IMG/VR virus record: IMGVR_UViG_3300027754_000039 | Span: 64,001 to 128,000 of that record | Origin: a virus | Reading direction: 5' to 3' (one strand) | Length of the DNA stretch: 64,000 nucleotides | In this document: piece after piece, positions 60,129 to 64,000 of the stretch | Layout: each line of letters begins with the position of its first letter | Position numbering within the stretch: the first letter of the stretch is position 1 | The notes under the pieces: generated by a model | Databases searched by the model: none | What the model was told of the DNA's origin: nothing | The model's input: only the letters and a program-made list of their open reading frames with translations | Made by a program: the position numbers and the translations under genes

Positions 60129-61246
60129 TATTTAATTATTTTAAATGTAAAGTCCGATGCATTGAAATATTCAGTTATGTCGGAAAATTCTGCTTTAATT
60201 TCAAATTTGTAATATCTTTCCGGATACAACATTGTCGTGTAAAAATCAAAATAAGCTCCTGATACATTAGTATTAACTTGCGTAAATGAACTATACGGTA
60301 TAACTATTTGATCGTTATGCGCGTCTTTGATTTGATAATATGAATTTCTAGGCAAAGCTTTTTGAGTAGCAAATGAAGAATTTTGTGCAAATGAAGGTCT
60401 AGGATATCTAGGTCGAGACCCTAATAATATTCTAGTTTTTTTGTCTTTTATCAATTCTCCTTTAAATGCTCTAGTATATAGTATTGGGCTGTCTTCGTAA
60501 GTTATTAAAGACATTGATCCTGTATTGTAAGTAATAGATCCTGTCCAACTAATATATAATTGAGGTTCAAATACTGTATTAGTATCTGAAGAGTAAAATT
60601 GAATTAGCGTTTCTGGATAATTACTAGATGATATAGCTGTATTATTAAATGTCAATACAACTCCATTATTAGTGTATACTTGATTATACCAATTTTGTAC
60701 AATATTAGTAATGTTGATATCAACAGTGTCTGTAGTTTTATATGCAAATGACTGACTTACTGTAGACCCCGTAATAAAAGTTCCGCCACCTGGATACGTT
60801 TTATCATTAAATACTATTTGAGAATTAGCTGCTAATGACGCAGACCATGTCGTAGTTCCGTAGCCGGCTGTCGACATCCAAGTAGCTCCGTCGGTAACTG
60901 CTGTGCTAGCAATTAAACCCACAGGCGATGCTGCATATCCTGAACCGTTTTCCCAGTTAACTGACACAGGTTTAGCTTCGACAGTATATGATTTAGGTAG
61001 CTGTGATTCTTGAACCGTATATAATTTTAAGCTAGCTGATACGCTAGTAATTGGTATACTATTTTCAGATAATATTGATGATAGGGCTGTTAAATCAAAC
61101 TTAATTAAAATTCTAGATTCTGTTAAATCTGCAGTTGTCACGTCTCCTTGTTTACGGAGTTCTAATATCTCATCTAATCCTGAATTTCTGTACGGATCTT
61201 TTTCGTATATTGTTGCGTCTTGTAATGCTGGTATTGACCAAATCAT
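60128..61246 (-). CDS. DNRLRE-like domain virion protein
   Basis: QDATIYE...NSGLDEILEL...ESRILIKFDL...ASLKLY...FYSSD...PQLYI. Confidence 0.65.
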   Translation of the reverse strand: MIWSIPALQDATIYEKDPYRNSGLDEILELRKQGDVTTADLTESRILIKFDLTALSSILSENSIPITSVSASLKLYTVQESQLPKSYTVEAKPVSVNWENGSGYAASPVGLIASTAVTDGATWMSTAGYGTTTWSASLAANSQIVFNDKTYPGGGTFITGSTVSQSFAYKTTDTVDINITNIVQNWYNQVYTNNGVVLTFNNTAISSSNYPETLIQFYSSDTNTVFEPQLYISWTGSITYNTGSMSLITYEDSPILYTRAFKGELIKDKKTRILLGSRPRYPRPSFAQNSSFATQKALPRNSYYQIKDAHNDQIVIPYSSFTQVNTNVSGAYFDFYTTMLYPERYYKFEIKAEFSDITEYFNASDFTFKIIK

Positions 61247-61257
61247 AGTTAATTATT

Positions 61258-63132
61258 TTAAAGTGATACTACCTTACCAATTATATCTCTATTTAAGTTT
61301 TTAATTTCAAAAATACTAGGGTCCAATGAAGGATATATAACTCCTGCTTTTGTAGCAGCGGCGATGTCATACACATTTCCAGAGTAGCCTTGAGTAGCGT
61401 TATATAAATTAACAATTTTTATCGAAGGTACTGACTGAACTCCTTCAACTCTATCTAAATCTGTATATATTTTTGATAATATTATAGGCTGATTAATTTG
61501 CCATATTTTAGAGTTAAAACTAGTTTTTAATTTATCAATACATTTTAATAAAACTTCATTTGAATTATATTCTGGAAGAGTAATTATTTCAAACTGCAAT
61601 CCTATATTAATTATATGCGCATTTTTAATATTTACTGCATCGGTTAATATTCTATAGCTATTAAGATAAGTTTTTAAATTTTCTTTTACTGCATCATTTA
61701 AAACTGTTAAGCTTCCATTTAAATCATATCCTAATGTATATAAATTTAATGCCAATGGGTTTGGAATCATTTCTTGACCGTTATCTGGATTAAGTTGCTG
61801 ATCCTGTATGATATATGCTTTCGCAACCGAACCAAATCTAGACGGCATTGAATAAGCTCTAATAATATAATCTTGTGCTGTTACTGCACGCTGCTGTGAT
61901 GCAAAGGTAGCCATTGCATTTTGCCTAATCTCTTCAATAGACTCTTCACTCTTACCGCCTATTGCTGGTAGTGGGTTTGTGCACGCTACAGACGCTTTAA
62001 TTCTACTTAATAGTGCTATACTTAAATTTTGTGAGTCAATTTGATATTGTATAGAATTAATATTTTTTAATGTAAATGAAGCTACGTTTGATTCAATTCC
62101 GCCACCTGTAGTATATGAAACTGTTAAAGTAGTATTAGACGGCGCTAACCCATATGTTTTAGTGTACATAAAGTTTGACGGGTCAATTGGATGATCAAAT
62201 TGAGTTCTTAATCCATTTAAACTAGATCCTACATTATCAGGATTTGGAATAATCTCTTCATCGTCATTATCTGATACTCCCGGGCCAAATTGAATTTCTA
62301 ATTTTTTGTCTGATCTAAATTTAGTAATAAATCGTCTAGCAGTTTTCTTTAATTTTATTAAATAAGGTACGTTTGTATATACTGATAAATCAGGATCATT
62401 TTGTATAGTGTTTGCTATTGATTCAAATACAGTGTCTTGAGCTAGATAAGGTACTTCAGTCCATGAATTATTATCTGAATCTGTTATTGACACTATTTCA
62501 ATAACATCGGCAGGATTTAATAATATTTTATCAAATCTTTTAGCAGACGCAAAATCAAAAGTTTCTGTACGAAGTGTTCCTGCAATTGCTTTTACTTTTT
62601 TCTTAAGAAGATAAAAATCCGGAGTGCTGTCTACGTCATTAATTTGATAAATACTTACATCCGTAGGATCAAAACTGCTAGAAACTTTAAAATTAACTAA
62701 AGATAAAGTTCTAAATTCAAGCTCCGTACCCTCCGCTCCAATTAACATTCCTTCTTTCAATGTTAATGCATAGTCCCAATCAGGTACTTTTCCGTCGACA
62801 GTGGTTTTGGCTGGTAATAACTGAAATACATCTATATCAACAGTCGCAGGTATTTTATTTTTAGTTCTATATCCTAAGTTAGCAGATAAAGCTAATACAT
62901 TTCCACGTTCAGAGGCCAATGGCATTAGCGATTCTTTTAATTGACTATCAGTATAGTATGACAATACATCTCCTACATATGATGCCATTTCAATAAACAT
63001 CATACCAGGTGATGATTCGTTAAAATCATTATAAGTATTAGGAAAATAGTTTTTAGAAAACTCAATTAAGTTTGCTCTAAATTGACTAAAATCTTTATTT
63101 AGATATCGTATATCTTTTTTTATTTGTGCCAT
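61258..63132 (-). CDS. gp6: Baseplate wedge subunit
   Basis: YLNKDFSQFRANL, YNDFNESSPGMMFIE, QQRAVTAQDY; follows gp25. Confidence 0.88.
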   Translation of the reverse strand: MAQIKKDIRYLNKDFSQFRANLIEFSKNYFPNTYNDFNESSPGMMFIEMASYVGDVLSYYTDSQLKESLMPLASERGNVLALSANLGYRTKNKIPATVDIDVFQLLPAKTTVDGKVPDWDYALTLKEGMLIGAEGTELEFRTLSLVNFKVSSSFDPTDVSIYQINDVDSTPDFYLLKKKVKAIAGTLRTETFDFASAKRFDKILLNPADVIEIVSITDSDNNSWTEVPYLAQDTVFESIANTIQNDPDLSVYTNVPYLIKLKKTARRFITKFRSDKKLEIQFGPGVSDNDDEEIIPNPDNVGSSLNGLRTQFDHPIDPSNFMYTKTYGLAPSNTTLTVSYTTGGGIESNVASFTLKNINSIQYQIDSQNLSIALLSRIKASVACTNPLPAIGGKSEESIEEIRQNAMATFASQQRAVTAQDYIIRAYSMPSRFGSVAKAYIIQDQQLNPDNGQEMIPNPLALNLYTLGYDLNGSLTVLNDAVKENLKTYLNSYRILTDAVNIKNAHIINIGLQFEIITLPEYNSNEVLLKCIDKLKTSFNSKIWQINQPIILSKIYTDLDRVEGVQSVPSIKIVNLYNATQGYSGNVYDIAAATKAGVIYPSLDPSIFEIKNLNRDIIGKVVSL

Positions 63133-63587
63133 TATATTATTACTTCTTCAACGGTTGTAGATGTTACTAAAAATGTAACTGGTTTATTAACTTCTTGCTC
63201 ATTAACAGATACCTTTAATGATATTGTTATTCCATGTTCTTCATTTGACGGTCCTGCTGCTATGACAGTTTGAACTATTAAATCATTAACTTGAATATAT
63301 GGTAACCAAAATGATATAGCTTCTAATATAGAAGATTGTATTTGTTCTTTTAATAAATCCGTATTTTGTTCAAAAAGCGAATCTTGAAGACGTGTACCAA
63401 ATAAAGGTTGTAATACTCGCTCGCCTTGACGAGTAAGTATTAAATTTTTTAAATTTGAAAGTGCTTGCTCTTCAGTGGAATAAGATAAATCAAATAGTAT
63501 TCCAGTCTTCCCAACTAAAGGAAGCTTAATACCAATTGCTACATTTTCTTCTAAATCTATAGGATTATATCTTATTTCGTATGACAT
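63132..63587 (-). CDS. gp25: Baseplate wedge subunit gp25-like
   Basis: NLKNLILTRQGERVLQPLFG...AISFWLPYI. Confidence 0.9.
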   Translation of the reverse strand: MSYEIRYNPIDLEENVAIGIKLPLVGKTGILFDLSYSTEEQALSNLKNLILTRQGERVLQPLFGTRLQDSLFEQNTDLLKEQIQSSILEAISFWLPYIQVNDLIVQTVIAAGPSNEEHGITISLKVSVNEQEVNKPVTFLVTSTTVEEVII

Positions 63588-64000
63588 TAGTTACCTTTTT
63601 TCTTATCCATTGCTTTTATCAAAGACGAATAATCTCTTGTTAATGCTTTTACAACTGCCGCGCCTGCTTCTGTTTCAGCTAATTTAGAAACATCAACTCG
63701 TCTACCTTCAGTATCATACGTTGGTATAATTGATTTTGCGGACGGCGCCGGTTTACGACCCATTGTCGGCCACTCTTCAAAATTATTATAATCTATACTT
63801 TCATCTAAACTAGCACCAGCATATTCATTTCTAAAACCAGCTGTGTCATTTAACAACTCATTTAAAGTTGGGTTCTCAGTGTATTGTTTTTTAACCGGTG
63901 TCTTGGCGATTACTTTAGTTGTAACAGCCGGTATTACAGCTTGTGTATATTTGGCGGTTGTTACTCGTTCGTTTATTATAGGAGTTATTTTACTTAATTC
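63587..64000 (-). CDS. Hypothetical protein; 5' end lies outside the window
   Basis: The frame stays open from 63856 to the window edge (ELSKITPIINE...ENPTLNELLNDTAG); ends ALTRDYSSLIKAMDKKK. Confidence 0.65.
   Translation of the reverse strand, partial: ELSKITPIINERVTTAKYTQAVIPAVTTKVIAKTPVKKQYTENPTLNELLNDTAGFRNEYAGASLDESIDYNNFEEWPTMGRKPAPSAKSIIPTYDTEGRRVDVSKLAETEAGAAVVKALTRDYSSLIKAMDKKKGN

Noticed and set aside
1-64000. CRISPR array, tRNA or rRNA genes, integrase/att sites
   Set aside because: No regularly spaced repeat-spacer units, cloverleaf-compatible sequences or recombinase motifs were recognised by eye; a tRNAscan/Infernal run would be needed to exclude small RNAs.

Overview
AT-rich segment of a large lytic myovirus (jumbo-type, distant T4-like morphogenesis module). 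Almost all genes are on the minus strand. Reading in transcription order (high to low coordinates): baseplate genes (gp25, gp6, large wedge/structural proteins), a short DNA-processing block (T7 endo I-like resolvase, primase, fused SbcD-SbcC), a SET-domain gene, a cluster of probable internal head proteins, terminase large subunit, portal, prohead protease, scaffold, major capsid, PhoH, HAD phosphatase, GH19 endolysin, neck gp13/gp14, tail terminator, a repeat-rich tail fibre, sheath, tube, two free-standing endonucleases, tail assembly chaperone, tape measure and baseplate hub genes. The clearest unusual feature is that the terminase is encoded as two out-of-frame ORFs joined by an atypically split intein (35-aa IntN, 111-aa IntC). 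Other leads: a candidate +1 frameshift in the tail chaperone, an A10 frameshift in a head-protein gene, a shared LxE-type propeptide on many proteins including enzyme-like cargo, and a gene-oriented ATATTTAT promoter-like motif that is repeatedly built into terminator hairpins. A-rich start contexts that mostly lack a Shine-Dalgarno suggest a Bacteroidota host (inference). No tRNA, rRNA, CRISPR array or integrase was seen. Product calls rest on recognised motifs and synteny only; no database searches were run.
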